A program made the position numbers and the translations under genes. Positions 43,038 through 53,801 of a DNA stretch of 64,000 bases are shown here, piece after piece. Position 1 is the first letter of the stretch. Every line of letters begins with the position of its first letter. The DNA is from an uncultured Actinomycetes bacterium (lineage in GTDB: Bacteria > Actinomycetota > Thermoleophilia > RBG-16-64-13), in NCBI GenBank assembly GCA_963706025.1, contig CAVPLM010000005.1, positions 736,001 to 800,000 of the forward strand, written 5' to 3'. The notes under the pieces are model-generated. The model saw nothing but the letters and a program-made list of their open reading frames with translations, ran no database searches and had not been told where the DNA came from.

Positions 43038-43131
43038 GTGAGCCTCCCTGAGCCCGTCCGGGCCGGTCCATAGAGAATCAGAGTATACAAAATCTGGCCC
43101 CTTCCCGGCCGAGAGGCCACCGACACCCGCC

Positions 43132-45148
43132 CTAGAAGAGCGATCCCACCTGGTAGACCACCACCCCCAGCATGAAAGCTACTGCCAACATGAGACCCAC
43201 GTTGATCCCCGCCCAACGAGAGTCGGACTCTTGGCGGATGGCCGCAACCGTAGCCACACAGGGTATGAAGGTCATCTGCACCACCAAGAAGGCGGCCGCG
43301 GCCGCCGGGGTCAACACGGCCGCGACCTGGGCGGCCAGAGTGGTGCCTGTCGCTCCCGCCGCTCCGGCCGCTTCCGCTCCGCCGAACAGGACTCCCAGCG
43401 TAGCCACGCTGTTCTCCTTGGCCACGAAGCTGGAAAGGAGCGCCACGATCAGGCGCCAGTCGCCCAGACCCATGAGCGCGAACACCGGTTCCAGGGCCGT
43501 GCCGATGACTCCCAGCACGCTCTCGGAGGGATCCGACCCCGGAAAGTTGGCAAGGACCCACACGATCGCCGAAACGATCACTATCAACGTCCCCGCCTTC
43601 TTGATGAAGGCCAACGTGTTACGCCACACGTACAGCCCGATAGTGCGGGCATTGGGCACGTGATAGAGGGGCATCTCCATGATGAACGCGCTGCGCTCCC
43701 CTTTGAACACCAGCTTGTTGACGCTCACCCCCACCACCCCGAGCAGCACCAGATTGCCCCCCACCAGCAGCAATACCGCCCAGAGGGCGTCTTCGCCGAA
43801 GAAGGCCGGGGCCAGGAAGGCCAGCACGGCCAGGCGGCCCGTGCAGGGAACGAACGGGGTGAGCATCATGGTGAGCAGGCGGGCTCGGCGCTCCTCGATG
43901 ATGCGCGTCCCCAAGATGGCGGGCACGTTGCAGCCGAAACCCAGCAGTAGGGGCATGCAGGATTTCCCGTGTAGACCCATCCAGTGCATGTAGCGGTCCA
44001 TCACGTACGCCGTGCGGGCCATGTAGCCCACATCCTCGAGCAGGCCCAGCGCGGCGAAGAAGACCACCAAGATGGGCAGGAACGAGAGCACCGTCCCGGC
44101 GCCTGCCACCACGCCGTCGACTATCAAGCCGGTCAGCCACTCCGGCGCCCACTCCAAGAGGCTTCTGAGCAGGTCCGAGAACGATCCGGTGATCGCCCCG
44201 TTCAGGGCCCTGGCCGCCGGGCCGGCCACCAAGTAGGTGACCCCGAACACCACCGCCAATGCGGCCAGAAGCACGAGCAGACCCCAGACCGGATGCGTGA
44301 CTACCCGGTCGACGCGGTCGGTGACGACCGTCACCCCCCGCCGAGGCTGGACTACCGCCGCCCGTACCATGCGGGCCACCCAGTCGTACCGGCCGCCGGC
44401 GATATCGAGATACGCGTCCTCGTGACGTCCCAGTATCTCGTAGATGGACCCCCAGACCTCGGGGGCGGAGGTCTTGACCAACTGAGCCACGTCGCCGTCA
44501 CCCTCCAGCAGCTTGAGCGCCACCCAGGAGACCGGATAGCCGTCCAGGGAGCGACCGGCGAGCAGAGCTTCGATCTCGGCAAGCACCGGCTGGTGCTTCG
44601 CCCGGATGGTCGGCCGGTTGGGGGCGAAAGATCCGGGGTGTTCGGCAAGTGCCGCCGCAGCATCAACCAGCATCGCTGATGCCTTTCCGCTTGCTGGCCA
44701 CCAGCTCTACAACCGGCAGGCCCAGGGCCGCTTCCAGTACCCGAGCCTCGACATGCACCCCGTGGGACGCGGCCACGTCCACCATGTTGAGACCCACCGC
44801 CACCGGCACAGGCAACATCAGCAACTCGGCCACCAGATAGAGATTGCGCTCCAAGGAGGCCGCGTTGATGATGGCGACGACGACGTCCGGCGGTTCCTTG
44901 ATCAGGTAGTCCCGGGCCACCCGTTCCTCCTCGGACCCCGAGGTGAGACTGTAGGTCCCAGGAAGGTCGACGATCTCGACTCGGCGGCCCCGGTGGGTGA
45001 AACGGCCCGTCTTCTGCTCGACCGTCTTGCCCGGCCAGTTACCTACGTGCTGGTTGAGGCCGGTAAGGGCATTGAAGACCGTGCTCTTGCCTACGTTGGG
45101 CTGGCCGGCCAGGGCCAGCGTCAGACCGGCGGGGCGCTCGATCGGCAA
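43132..45148 (-). CDS. feoB: Ferrous iron transporter B (frameshift ~44670)
   Basis: GQPNVGKS, VGNWPGKTVE, DLPGTY, NMVD; LEDVGYMAR, GFGCNVPA, FIMEMPLY, FVAKE. Confidence 0.93.
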
Positions 45149-45153
45149 GTCCG

Positions 45154-45417
45154 CTAGTCCTCAGTCGGGCAGGGCGCAGCGGGGATAGATTCGCCCGAAG
45201 GACCCACGGCCACGCGCTCGGCCTGCCCGCGGCCCAGGGCCAACCTGGCCCCGTGTACCTCGACGATCAGAGCTCCACGCCCCCGATTCTGCAGCACGCA
45301 CACCTCCGCTCCCGGAGTGAGCCCCAGAGCGATGAGGCGTTTCGCCAGCCCGTGGGAATGGGGTAGGGCCGCAACCACGGCCCGGGCACCGGACGGAAGC
45401 TGCGCCAGGGAATTCAT
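45154..45417 (-). CDS. feoA: FeoA
   Basis: RLIALGLTPGAEV...GARLALGRGQA. ATGA overlap with the upstream regulator. Confidence 0.9.
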   Translation of the reverse strand: MNSLAQLPSGARAVVAALPHSHGLAKRLIALGLTPGAEVCVLQNRGRGALIVEVHGARLALGRGQAERVAVGPSGESIPAAPCPTED

Positions 45418-45906
45418 GCCTCGGGCCCCCCTTGGTCGGCCTCCCCGGCGGCACTTCGTTCGGTGCAGCGGTCGGCGGCGACGGACGACATCCTTTGGGC
45501 CCGGGCCAACCCCTCGGCGTACGACACGAAATGGGCGAGGACGTCCGGCTCGAGCACGTGCTCGAGCCGACAGGCGGTGACTTCTGCCTGCTGATCCTCG
45601 ATGCCGAGCACATCGATAAGGAAGCCGCGGATGGCCACGTGGCGCCGCTCCACCTCCCGCGCGATCTTCGCGCCTTCTTCGGTGAGGGTCGCGTGACCAT
45701 AGCGAGCGTGCGATACCAAGCCCCCTACCGACCAGGCTCTTGAGGGCTCCCGTCACCGAGGGTCGAGACACGTTCAGTTGCACCGCGATCTCGCTCACCC
45801 TAGCCACCCGTGAGGACCTTTCCAGCTGAAGGATGGCCTCCAGGTAATCCTCTTGGCTGGCGCTCAGTACCTCGCTCTCTGCGGATAACGCCGTTCTATC
45901 GCTCAA
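45414..45906 (-). CDS. DtxR/MntR-family metal-dependent repressor (frameshift ~45722)
   Basis: SQEDYLEAI, RVSEIA...VSRPSVT, LTEEG...RRH, ACRLEHVL. Confidence 0.88.
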
Positions 45907-45949
45907 CTCAGACGTCTCCTCCACCGCTGTAAGCCAAGATCTTGCAGTT

Positions 45950-45988
45950 AAGTTAGCCACCCCTATTTTAGTACATACGGGCTAACTT
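45950..45988. promoter_or_regulatory. Putative DtxR/MntR-type operator
   Basis: AT-rich AAGTTAGCC-N21-GGCTAACTT inverted repeat with internal TTAG/CTA half-sites, upstream of the regulator-feoAB operon. Confidence 0.5.
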
Positions 45989-46064
45989 TACCAGCCACGT
46001 GGCCTGCAAAGAAGGCATCATGGCAGCGCTACCATGGTCACGGTTCAGGAGCATCTAGAGAGCG

Positions 46065-46098
46065 AAAAGCCGCGGCCGCGCTGTTGCGCGGCCGCGGC
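46065..46098 (-). terminator. Intrinsic terminator
   Basis: 13-bp GC stem (46069-46098) followed by TTTT on the minus strand, after the RRM gene. Confidence 0.75.
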
Positions 46099-46122
46099 CT
46101 CGGCTTGCAGCCTGAAGCGTGG

Positions 46123-46452
46123 CTACCAGGCCCGGCTACTACCCTTGTAACCGCCCCCATAACCGCCGCCGCCATACCCACCCGAGCGGGGTGCCCGCGG
46201 CTGCTGTTCCTTGGCCGTATCGACCTTGATTGTGCGACCGTCGACCTCGGTGCCGTCCAAGGCGCCTTTTGCGGTGTCGGCCATCTCAGGCGTCGCCATC
46301 TCGACGAACGCGAAGCCTTTTGGCCGGCCCGTGTCCCGATCCGCGATGAGATTCACCGAGACCACCTCGCCGTGCTCGGCGAACAGCGTCTTGAGAGTGG
46401 ATTCGGACGTGCTATAGCTGAGGTTGCCCACATACAGTTTTGCGGAACTCAT
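46123..46452 (-). CDS. RRM RNA-binding protein with Gly-rich tail
   Basis: RNP2 LYVGNL, RNP1 KGFAFVEM, tail GGYGGGGY. Confidence 0.95.
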   Translation of the reverse strand: MSSAKLYVGNLSYSTSESTLKTLFAEHGEVVSVNLIADRDTGRPKGFAFVEMATPEMADTAKGALDGTEVDGRTIKVDTAKEQQPRAPRSGGYGGGGYGGGYKGSSRAW

Positions 46453-46623
46453 TCTTCCCTCCATGTGGAGTAACACTGCGGCAAACGAGAGGACGAGACT
46501 GCATGCGGGCGGATGAGAGAGGAGTAGCTCGGCTCTGCACAACGCCTGAAGAGGGTTCCTATCGAATGTCGGCGGCAGTATAGCACTCGCGGCCGGACGT
46601 GGGTGCAGTACGGACGCGTAGTG

Positions 46624-46649
46624 GAGTAAGGAGGGGCTCCAACGGGTAC
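46624..46649 (+). promoter_or_regulatory. Putative SigB/SigF-type promoter
   Basis: GAGT-N16-GGGTAC upstream of the STAS-PP2C pair. Confidence 0.45.
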
Positions 46650-46684
46650 TATCGTTGCACTTGCAAGCCCTAGGAGGTGGGTCG

Positions 46685-47086
46685 ATGGTCAGCCAGGAAA
46701 GATCGCCGCGCTCGAAGATCGCGGGCCCTCCCATCGACTTGCAGGTCTCCTACCGATTGGGACCGCCCCTCATCTACGTCAAGGGAGAACTCGACCACGA
46801 CACCACCGGCTATCTGCGGGAAATGATCGACCAGGAGTTCAAGGAGGACACGCGGGTTCTCATCTTGGACTTCAGCGAGCTCGCCTATATGGACAGCGGC
46901 GGTCTTTCCCTCATGTTTGACACGGTCCAACGTCTCAAGGACTCGGGTCGGCTGGCAGTGGTGGGAGCCAACCCGGGAGTCAGCCGCCTTCTAGAGATCA
47001 CGGGCCTGGCCGACCACCCGCGCTTCTCCCTTTTCCCCGACCAACGGGCCGCGGCCGCGGCCGTGGGTACCGCCGGCTTGACTTGA
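46685..47086 (+). CDS. STAS-domain anti-sigma factor antagonist
   Basis: GELDH, LDFSELAYMDSGGL, RLLEITGL; AGGAGGTG RBS. Confidence 0.9.
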   Translation: MVSQERSPRSKIAGPPIDLQVSYRLGPPLIYVKGELDHDTTGYLREMIDQEFKEDTRVLILDFSELAYMDSGGLSLMFDTVQRLKDSGRLAVVGANPGVSRLLEITGLADHPRFSLFPDQRAAAAAVGTAGLT

Positions 47087-48771
47087 GCCAGGCCGTCTGG
47101 AAAACGCCCCCCGCGGCGGAGGACGGCCGACCGACGGCCGGCCGGGCGGCCGCGCTCGGGCTCGTGTGGGGCAAGTGGTGGGCCGTGCTTCTAGCCGGCT
47201 CCGTGGTCCAGCTGGCGTTGTTCTACGGCATCGGCCTGCTCGGAGAGACCTCCCACTACCTGGGCATACCCGGAGCAGCGGCGGCTCTCTTCGGAGTCTT
47301 GGCCGCGGTGGCGTGCGGCCCCATTATCGGTGGGGTGGTGGCCCTGGTGGGCGGCGCCGCCTTCATAGTCTTCGTTACCGACTTCGGCGGTCTAGTAGAA
47401 CTGCCCGCGATCGTCATCGCCATCATCCTGTGGACTCTGGCCGCGATCGTGGCCGGGCTGGCGGCCCGTGCCGTCCGCCGCCGAGCCGCTGCCCGGGAGG
47501 CCCTGCTCTCCCAGGCCCTGGCCGATACCGAAACCTCCAAAGCGGGTGTGGAGAGCATCCTTGCTCTGGCGCCTGCTTTCCACGGTTTCGAGCGGTATGA
47601 CGACATGGTCAAGGCGATCTGCGCCGCGGCCCGAGAGACCTTTGCCTCGCGCTCGGCCTCTCTATACCGGTACACCGACAGACGCTTGGTCCTTCTGGGC
47701 CGGGAGCCGGCCACCCCTTTGCTGCCAAACGGTTGGCAGATCGAGGCAGAGGAGCTACCTGGGTTGTTTCAGGAGCTCGATTCGGGCCTCCCCGGCTTCG
47801 TCGCCGACACCGCGACCGACACTTGGCCAGTCCGCGACTCCGAAGTGACACGGGCCTTGGGGCTGCGTTCTGTTCTTCGCATCCCGATTCTGCTGACCCC
47901 TTCGTCCGCCTACCTGCTCGTGGTCGGCTGGGGCGATGTGCAGGAGACCCTGGAGCCGACCCGCCTCGCTCTCGCCCGGCGCTTCGCCGATCAAGCAGCG
48001 GTGGCGCTGGAACATGCCGAAGCTGAGGCGCTGCACAAACGCCTGGAGCAAAGCCTCCTCTCCCGCTCTCGAGATCCCCATCCTTGGCTGGATATCCACA
48101 TACGCTACCGCAGCGGCGAGCGCCGGCTGGGATTGGGCGGCGATTTCGTGGACTACGTGGTCCACGACGACCAGACCCTCGATTTCGTGATCGGCGACGT
48201 CAGCGGCCACGGGCCGGACGCCGCCGCGCTCGGCGCCACTCTGCGTTCGGGCTGGAGGGCTCTGGCCGACGCCGAGACGCCTCCCCGTCAGACTCTCGAT
48301 GCGCTGAACAAGGTGCTCTTCAGCGAGCGAAGCAGTGCCAACCTCTATTGCACCCTCCTCGCCGGGCGTATCGACGCCTCCACCGGATCACTGACCCTCG
48401 CGAACGCCGGCCACCCTCCCCCCCTGGTCATCGCGAAGGAGGCGAGATTGCTCTTGGTCAAGCCGGTCCTTCCTCTGGGCTGCGAGCACGAAGATGGTTG
48501 GCGGCTGGAGGCTTTCCAGCTGCCGCCTGCATGGAGCCTGCTCTTCTATACCGACGGCCTCTTCGAAGGTGTGATCGAGCCCGGCTCCCTAGAGCGCTAC
48601 GGCATCGACCGGTTAGCGCAGCGTTTCGCCCGGGCAGCGCCTGGCCCCATCCCGGTCACCCTGCTCGATGAGGTTATGCTCGAGTTGGAGGAGGCGAACG
48701 GCAAGCCGCCACCCGACGATATCGCCGTGCTGCTCATATCAAAGGGCAACGGTGCAGCGGCGCCGTTCTGA
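47083..48771 (+). CDS. Membrane GAF + SpoIIE/PP2C phosphatase (RsbU/RsbP-like)
   Basis: TM helices, GAF region ending FADQAAVALE, then GGDF, IGDVSGHG, NAGHPPP, YTDGL, DDIA. Confidence 0.9.
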   Translation: MSQAVWKTPPAAEDGRPTAGRAAALGLVWGKWWAVLLAGSVVQLALFYGIGLLGETSHYLGIPGAAAALFGVLAAVACGPIIGGVVALVGGAAFIVFVTDFGGLVELPAIVIAIILWTLAAIVAGLAARAVRRRAAAREALLSQALADTETSKAGVESILALAPAFHGFERYDDMVKAICAAARETFASRSASLYRYTDRRLVLLGREPATPLLPNGWQIEAEELPGLFQELDSGLPGFVADTATDTWPVRDSEVTRALGLRSVLRIPILLTPSSAYLLVVGWGDVQETLEPTRLALARRFADQAAVALEHAEAEALHKRLEQSLLSRSRDPHPWLDIHIRYRSGERRLGLGGDFVDYVVHDDQTLDFVIGDVSGHGPDAAALGATLRSGWRALADAETPPRQTLDALNKVLFSERSSANLYCTLLAGRIDASTGSLTLANAGHPPPLVIAKEARLLLVKPVLPLGCEHEDGWRLEAFQLPPAWSLLFYTDGLFEGVIEPGSLERYGIDRLAQRFARAAPGPIPVTLLDEVMLELEEANGKPPPDDIAVLLISKGNGAAAPF

Positions 48772-48796
48772 GTCCGCAGAGGCCCCGGGTCCGATG

Positions 48797-49252
48797 CTAC
48801 TTGCGCTCTGGATGCGTGAGGACGGGGACCACCGTGACAGGGCAGCGCGCGTGATTGACCACCTGTTGGCTGATCGAACCCAGCAGCAGCCCCGAGAAAC
48901 CTCCGTGTCCCCGGCTTCCGACCACCACCAGGATCGCGTCGCGGGCCTCTTCGAGGAGGACCTTGGCTTCGTGCCCTTCCAAGACGCGCGCCTCACACGC
49001 CACCGACGGCTGCAGCAGGGCTGCACGGGCCACCGCCTCGGCAGCGATCGCCTGCGCGTGCTGTCTGCCTTCCTCCCTGGACTGTTCGAAGTAGCCGGAT
49101 TCAGCCGCAACGCCCGCCACCACCAAAGGAGGGATCTCCCAGACAGTCACCACCTTGAGCAGGGCACCCCTTAGCGCCGCTTCCTCGACGGCAAAATCCA
49201 AAGCGACCCTGCCCCCATCGGAACCGTCCACTCCGACAACGATGGTCTTCAC
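48797..49252 (-). CDS. Universal stress protein
   Basis: IVVGVDGS, VVGSRGHGGFSGLLLGSIS...HARCPVTVV. Confidence 0.95.
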   Translation of the reverse strand: MKTIVVGVDGSDGGRVALDFAVEEAALRGALLKVVTVWEIPPLVVAGVAAESGYFEQSREEGRQHAQAIAAEAVARAALLQPSVACEARVLEGHEAKVLLEEARDAILVVVGSRGHGGFSGLLLGSISQQVVNHARCPVTVVPVLTHPERK

Positions 49253-49349
49253 TTGGTCTCCTTTCGGCTGATCCTCGAGCTTATCGACGTACCCTGATCC
49301 CGCACCCTCTCTCGCGGCAAACTCACCGGCGCGCGGGACAGACGCGCCC

Positions 49350-49649
49350 TCAGTGGCCCGCCTCGAGCCCGGTGATCGACCCTTCAGAGAAGAGATAGTC
49401 TCTGAGTTCCTTGGCCTGAGCGGGGTCGTTCCTGCGGATCCACTCGATCAGCATGGCGGCGTGCTCTTTCTCCTCGTCTCGATTGTGAGCCAGAATGGCT
49501 TTGAGCTCCGGGTCGGCGCAGGTATCCACGCGCTGCTGGTACCACTGGGCCGCTTCCAGCTCTTCGATCAACGATGCGACGGCGCGGCGCAGCTCTCGCG
49601 TATGCCTGCTCAGATCGCTCAACGGCTCCTGAGGGAGCTCCAGGGCCAC
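49350..49649 (-). CDS. Encapsulin-type ferritin-like protein (EncFtn/Flp)
   Basis: RAVASLIEELEAAQWYQQR...ILAHNRDEEKEHAAMLIEWIRRND; GTG after GAGGAGG. Confidence 0.9.
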   Translation of the reverse strand: MALELPQEPLSDLSRHTRELRRAVASLIEELEAAQWYQQRVDTCADPELKAILAHNRDEEKEHAAMLIEWIRRNDPAQAKELRDYLFSEGSITGLEAGH

Positions 49650-49695
49650 GGTATCCTCCTCTCGTCCGAGATCCGAACTTACGTCTCTCCGACAG

Positions 49696-49721
49696 ATACC
49701 CGTTTCGCCGGAGCCCCTAAC
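49696..49721 (-). promoter_or_regulatory. SigB/SigF-type promoter
   Basis: Minus strand GTTA-N16-GGGTAT upstream of the ferritin-like gene. Confidence 0.55.
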
Positions 49722-49800
49722 AGCATCGTACCGAACTGCCGCAGGCCTAGGCGACCAAGCGACCCTCCGCCTGGGAGCGGTCCGGCCTTGCGACCCGAGA

Positions 49801-50861
49801 TCAGCTCTTGGCCACGAACTCCGCCACCAGGTCGCCCACGGCATCGGTGCCCATGCCCATCTCCCCGGCGACAGGGACTTCATCTTGCCGACCGCGTTGA
49901 CGATGCCGTTCTCCACCCAGCGCGCGGCTTCGGTCTGCCCCAGGTAATCGAGCATCATCTGCACCGCGCCGATGGCGGCCAACGGGTTGATCACGTTCTG
50001 GCCCGTGTATTTGGGAGCCGAGCCGCCGATGGGTTCGAACATGCCGATCTTGCCGGGATGGATGTTCCCACCCGCCGCCACTCCCATGCCGCCCTGGATC
50101 ATGGCCCCTAGGTCGGTGATGATGTCGCCGAACATGTTGTCCGTCACGATCACGTCGAACCATTCAGGGTTCTTGACGAACCACATGCAGGTAGCGTCCA
50201 CGTGGGCGTACTCCCGCTTGATCTTGGGATAGTCCGCGTCGCCGATCTCGTTGAAGGCGCGCCACCACAGGTCCCACGCGAAGGTCAGCACGTTCGTCTT
50301 GCCCACCAGGGTGAGCTGCCCCCGCCGGTCGGCCCGGCCGGCATAGTCAAAAGCGTAGCGGATGCAGCGCTCCACCCCTTTGCGGGTGTTGACGCTCTCT
50401 TGGACCGCTATCTCGTCGGGAGTGCCCTTCTTGAGAAAGCCACCGGTCGAGGCATAGAGGCCCTCCGTGTTCTCCCGCACCACGACGAAATCGATCTCCT
50501 TCGGCCCCTTGTCTTTGATGGGGGTCTCCACCCCCGGAAAAAGCTTGACCGGGCGCAGGTTGATGTAGAGGTCGAGGGCGAAACGGGCCTTCAGCAGGAT
50601 GCCCAGTTCCAGGATACCGGGCTTCACTTCGGGGTGACCGATGGCCCCCAAGAAGATGGCGTTGTGGCTACTCAATTCGCCGATGGCGGAGTCGGGCAGG
50701 GTCTCTCCCGTGCGCAGATAGCGATCGCCCCCGAAGTCGTAATGGGTGAGGTCATAGGAGAAGCCCGCACGGGCCGCGGCGGCCTTGAGGACCTTGAGGC
50801 CCTCGTTCACTACCTCGGGACCGGTACCGTCGCCGGGCATGACGGCGATGCTGTAGTTCAT
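49801..50861 (-). CDS. leuB: 3-isopropylmalate dehydrogenase (frameshift ~49872)
   Basis: [37 protein letters not shown]. True end [16 protein letters not shown] is in another frame. Confidence 0.9.
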
Positions 50862-50952
50862 GACGTTCCTTTCGTATCCGGGACTTGGTTCTCGGGCGCC
50901 GCTTTGGCTGCTGCTTGACCTGAGTCGCTCGGGGTCCGGCGCCGCGCGCCGC

Positions 50953-51476
50953 TCAGCCGGCCGCGGCCCGGTGGGCGCGGTTTTCAGGTACGGCAGCAGG
51001 CCGCCGGCCTCCACCAGTTCGCGCATGAACGGCGGCAGCGGCTGGGCCTTGAACTTCGCCCCGGTGGTGAGATCGGCGATCTCGCCGGAGGCGAGATCGA
51101 CCGTCAGCTCGTCGCCCTCCTTGATGCCGTCCACCGCCTCCGGAGCCACCAAGATGGGCAGCCCCGTGTTGAAGGCGTTCCGGTAGAAGATGCGGGCGAA
51201 GCTCTTGGCGATGACCACCGACACCCCCGCGCCCTTCAAGGCGATGGGGGCGTGCTCGCGACTGGAGCCGCAGCCGAAGTTCTCCTGGGCTACCACGATG
51301 TCGCCGAGCTTGACCTTGCTCGGGAAGGCGGGGTCGGCGTCTTCCATCACGTGCTGGGCCAGCTCCTCGGCCGTCTTCATATTGAGGTAGCGGGCCGGGA
51401 TGATGAGGTCGGTGTCGATGTCGCGCCCGAAGGTCCAGGCCCGCCCACGCAGGACGGTCGTGGCTGCCCCCGTCAT
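50953..51476 (-). CDS. leuD: 3-isopropylmalate dehydratase small subunit (frameshift near the end)
   Basis: [34 protein letters not shown]. Confidence 0.92.
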
Positions 51477-52752
51477 GGCTGCCTCCTTCCGCCGATCTGG
51501 TCCGGCGTGGCGATGTAGCCGGCCACCGCGCTCGCCGCGGCCACGTACGGGCCGGCCAGGTAGACTTCGGAGCCGGGATGGCCCATCCGGCCCACGAAGT
51601 TGCGGTTGGTGGTGGACACCGCCCTCTCGCCTTCGGCCAGCACGCCCATGTGCCCGCCCAGGCAGGGTCCGCAGGTGGGCGCCGAAACAGCTGCCTCGGC
51701 ATCGATGAACACGTCGAACAGGCCCTCGTCGTTGGCCTGTTTCCAGATGGCCTGCGTCGCCGGGATGACGATGCAGCGGATGTCCTTGTTCACCTTGCGA
51801 CCCCGCAGGATCTCCGCCGCTTGGCGCAGGTCCTCGATGCGGCCGTTGGTGCAACTGCCGATGACCACCTGGTCGATCTTGATGTCGTTCAACTCGTCGG
51901 CCGGCTGCGTGTTGGAGGGCAGGTGCGGCTTCGCCACCATGAGGGGGACGTCCTCCGCCTTCCAGCGTGTAGACCTTCTCGTACCACGCGTCGGGGTCGG
52001 AGGCGTAGTAGCGCGGCGTGCGGCGGAACCGTCCTTCCACATACGCCTTCGTGATGTCGTCGGGGGCGATGATGCCGCTCTTGCCCCCCGCCTCGATAGC
52101 CATGTTGCAGATGGTGAAGCGGGAGTCCATAGAGAGGGCGCTGATCGCCGATCCCGCGAACTCCATGGCCTTGTAGAGGGCTCCGTCCACCCCGATCTGG
52201 CCGATGGTAAAAAGGACGATATCCTTGCCCGTCACGTAGCGGCCCAGGGTCCCGTCGAAGTCGAACCGGTGGGTCTCAGGCACCCGGAACCAGGCTTCGC
52301 CGGTGGCCATGGCGCCGGCCAGGTCGGTGGAGCCGACTCCGGTGGCGAACGCGCCCAGGGCGCCATACGTGCAGGTGTGGGAGTCGGCACCCAGGACGAC
52401 GTCACCCGGTCCCACCAGGCCCTGCTCGGGCAGGAAGGCATGCTCGACGCCCACACGGCCCACGTCGTACCAGTGCACGAGACCGTGCTTCTTGGAGAAC
52501 TCGCGCATCTGCTTGACCAGCCCGGCGGACTTGATGTCCTTGTTCGGGCGTGAAATGGTCGGGGATGAGCACGATCTTCTCCGGGTCGAACACGTGCTCG
52601 AAACCGGCCTTTTCGAACTCGTCGATGGCCACCCCGGAGGTGACGTCGTTGCCGAGACAGAGGTCGAGCTTCGCCATGATGAGATCGCCCGGAGCGACCG
52701 ACTCCTTGCCGGCTGCCCGGGCCAGGATCTTCTCGGTCATGGTCATAGCCAT
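51473..52752 (-). CDS. leuC: 3-isopropylmalate dehydratase large subunit (frameshifts ~52548, ~51965)
   Basis: [48 protein letters not shown]. Confidence 0.92.
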
Positions 52753-53060
52753 GCCATGTACCCCCAGTCCTCGAGGCTTCGTGCGATGTGGGTGCTTGCG
52801 CCGCCGCCAGCGTAGGCGCCGGCGGACCAGTCATTCTAGTCTACATGCGCGGGATTGCGCAACCGCGGCACCGGTTCGGGGCGGCGCGGGCGGGCGGCGC
52901 GGGCGGGTGCGCGGGCGGCGCGGGCTCGCGGGCGGCGAGTTGCGGCCGGGATGTCGGACGGTCGCGCCGGGAACCCCGAGGCGACGGTCTCTGTGGCCAT
53001 GCGCCCCCCACCCCTGTCCCTGTCCGGCTCCGCTCCGCCCCGCGTGCTACCCTTCCCGCC

Positions 53061-53747
53061 ATGAGGAAACGCACTCGCAGGGCGCGGATCGTCATCTGGT
53101 CGTGCATCGCGCTCGCCGCGCTCGTTCTGTTGGCGGGGCTGGCGGTGCTGCTGCCGAACCTCATCATCACTCAGTCGGCCGACGACCACATCGTCCAGGA
53201 TCCTGAAGACGCGCCCTATGCTCAAGTGGCGATCGTCCTGGGGGCCAAGGTCTACGCGAGCGGCACCCCCGCCCCCATGCTGGCCGACCGGATCGATACC
53301 GCGATAGCGCTCTACAAACTGGACAAAGTGGACAAGATCCTACTGTCCGGCGATCACGGCCAGAAGACCTACGATGAAGTCAACGCCATGCTCGACTACG
53401 TGCGCGCACGCGGCGTTCCCGACGAAGACATCTTCACCGATCACGCCGGCTTCAGCACGTACGACACCATGTACCGGGCCCGAGATGTGTTCGAGGTGAC
53501 GGATGCGCTGGTCGTCACCCAGGAGTTCCATCTGGCGCGGGCGGTCTACACGGCCCGCGCCCTCGGACTGGAGGCCACCGGCGTCGTGGCCGACATCCAG
53601 CCCTATGCCAACGAGCGCCGTTTCGCCATGCGCGACTGGTTGGCCCGGGTGAAGGCCTTCGTCCAGTTGCACGTCACCAAGCCATTGCCTCGCTACCTCG
53701 GTCCTGTCATTCCCATAGACGGCGACGGCCGGGCCACGCGAGGCTAG
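53061..53747 (+). CDS. SanA/YdcF (DUF218) family protein
   Basis: AIVLGA, LADR, ILLSGD, YDE, DHAGFSTYDT, VTQEFHLARA. Confidence 0.9.
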   Translation: MRKRTRRARIVIWSCIALAALVLLAGLAVLLPNLIITQSADDHIVQDPEDAPYAQVAIVLGAKVYASGTPAPMLADRIDTAIALYKLDKVDKILLSGDHGQKTYDEVNAMLDYVRARGVPDEDIFTDHAGFSTYDTMYRARDVFEVTDALVVTQEFHLARAVYTARALGLEATGVVADIQPYANERRFAMRDWLARVKAFVQLHVTKPLPRYLGPVIPIDGDGRATRG

Positions 53748-53801
53748 GCCGGTCCGAACGCCGGCGGCGGAGCTTCCAGCGTTGCTTCCGCTCTTCTTGC
53801 G

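Noticed and set aside
49350-52508. 1052-aa ORF that looks like a LeuC-LeuD-LeuB-ferritin polyprotein
   Set aside because: The linkers are out-of-frame junk. Each gene has its own RBS/start and a natural stop in another frame (51473, 50953, 49801). Indel artefact.
52878-52940. G-rich gcgggcg repeats as a CRISPR array or regulatory element
   Set aside because: Irregular low-complexity repeats with no spacers and no cas genes. No leader peptide or T-box is visible before leuC.
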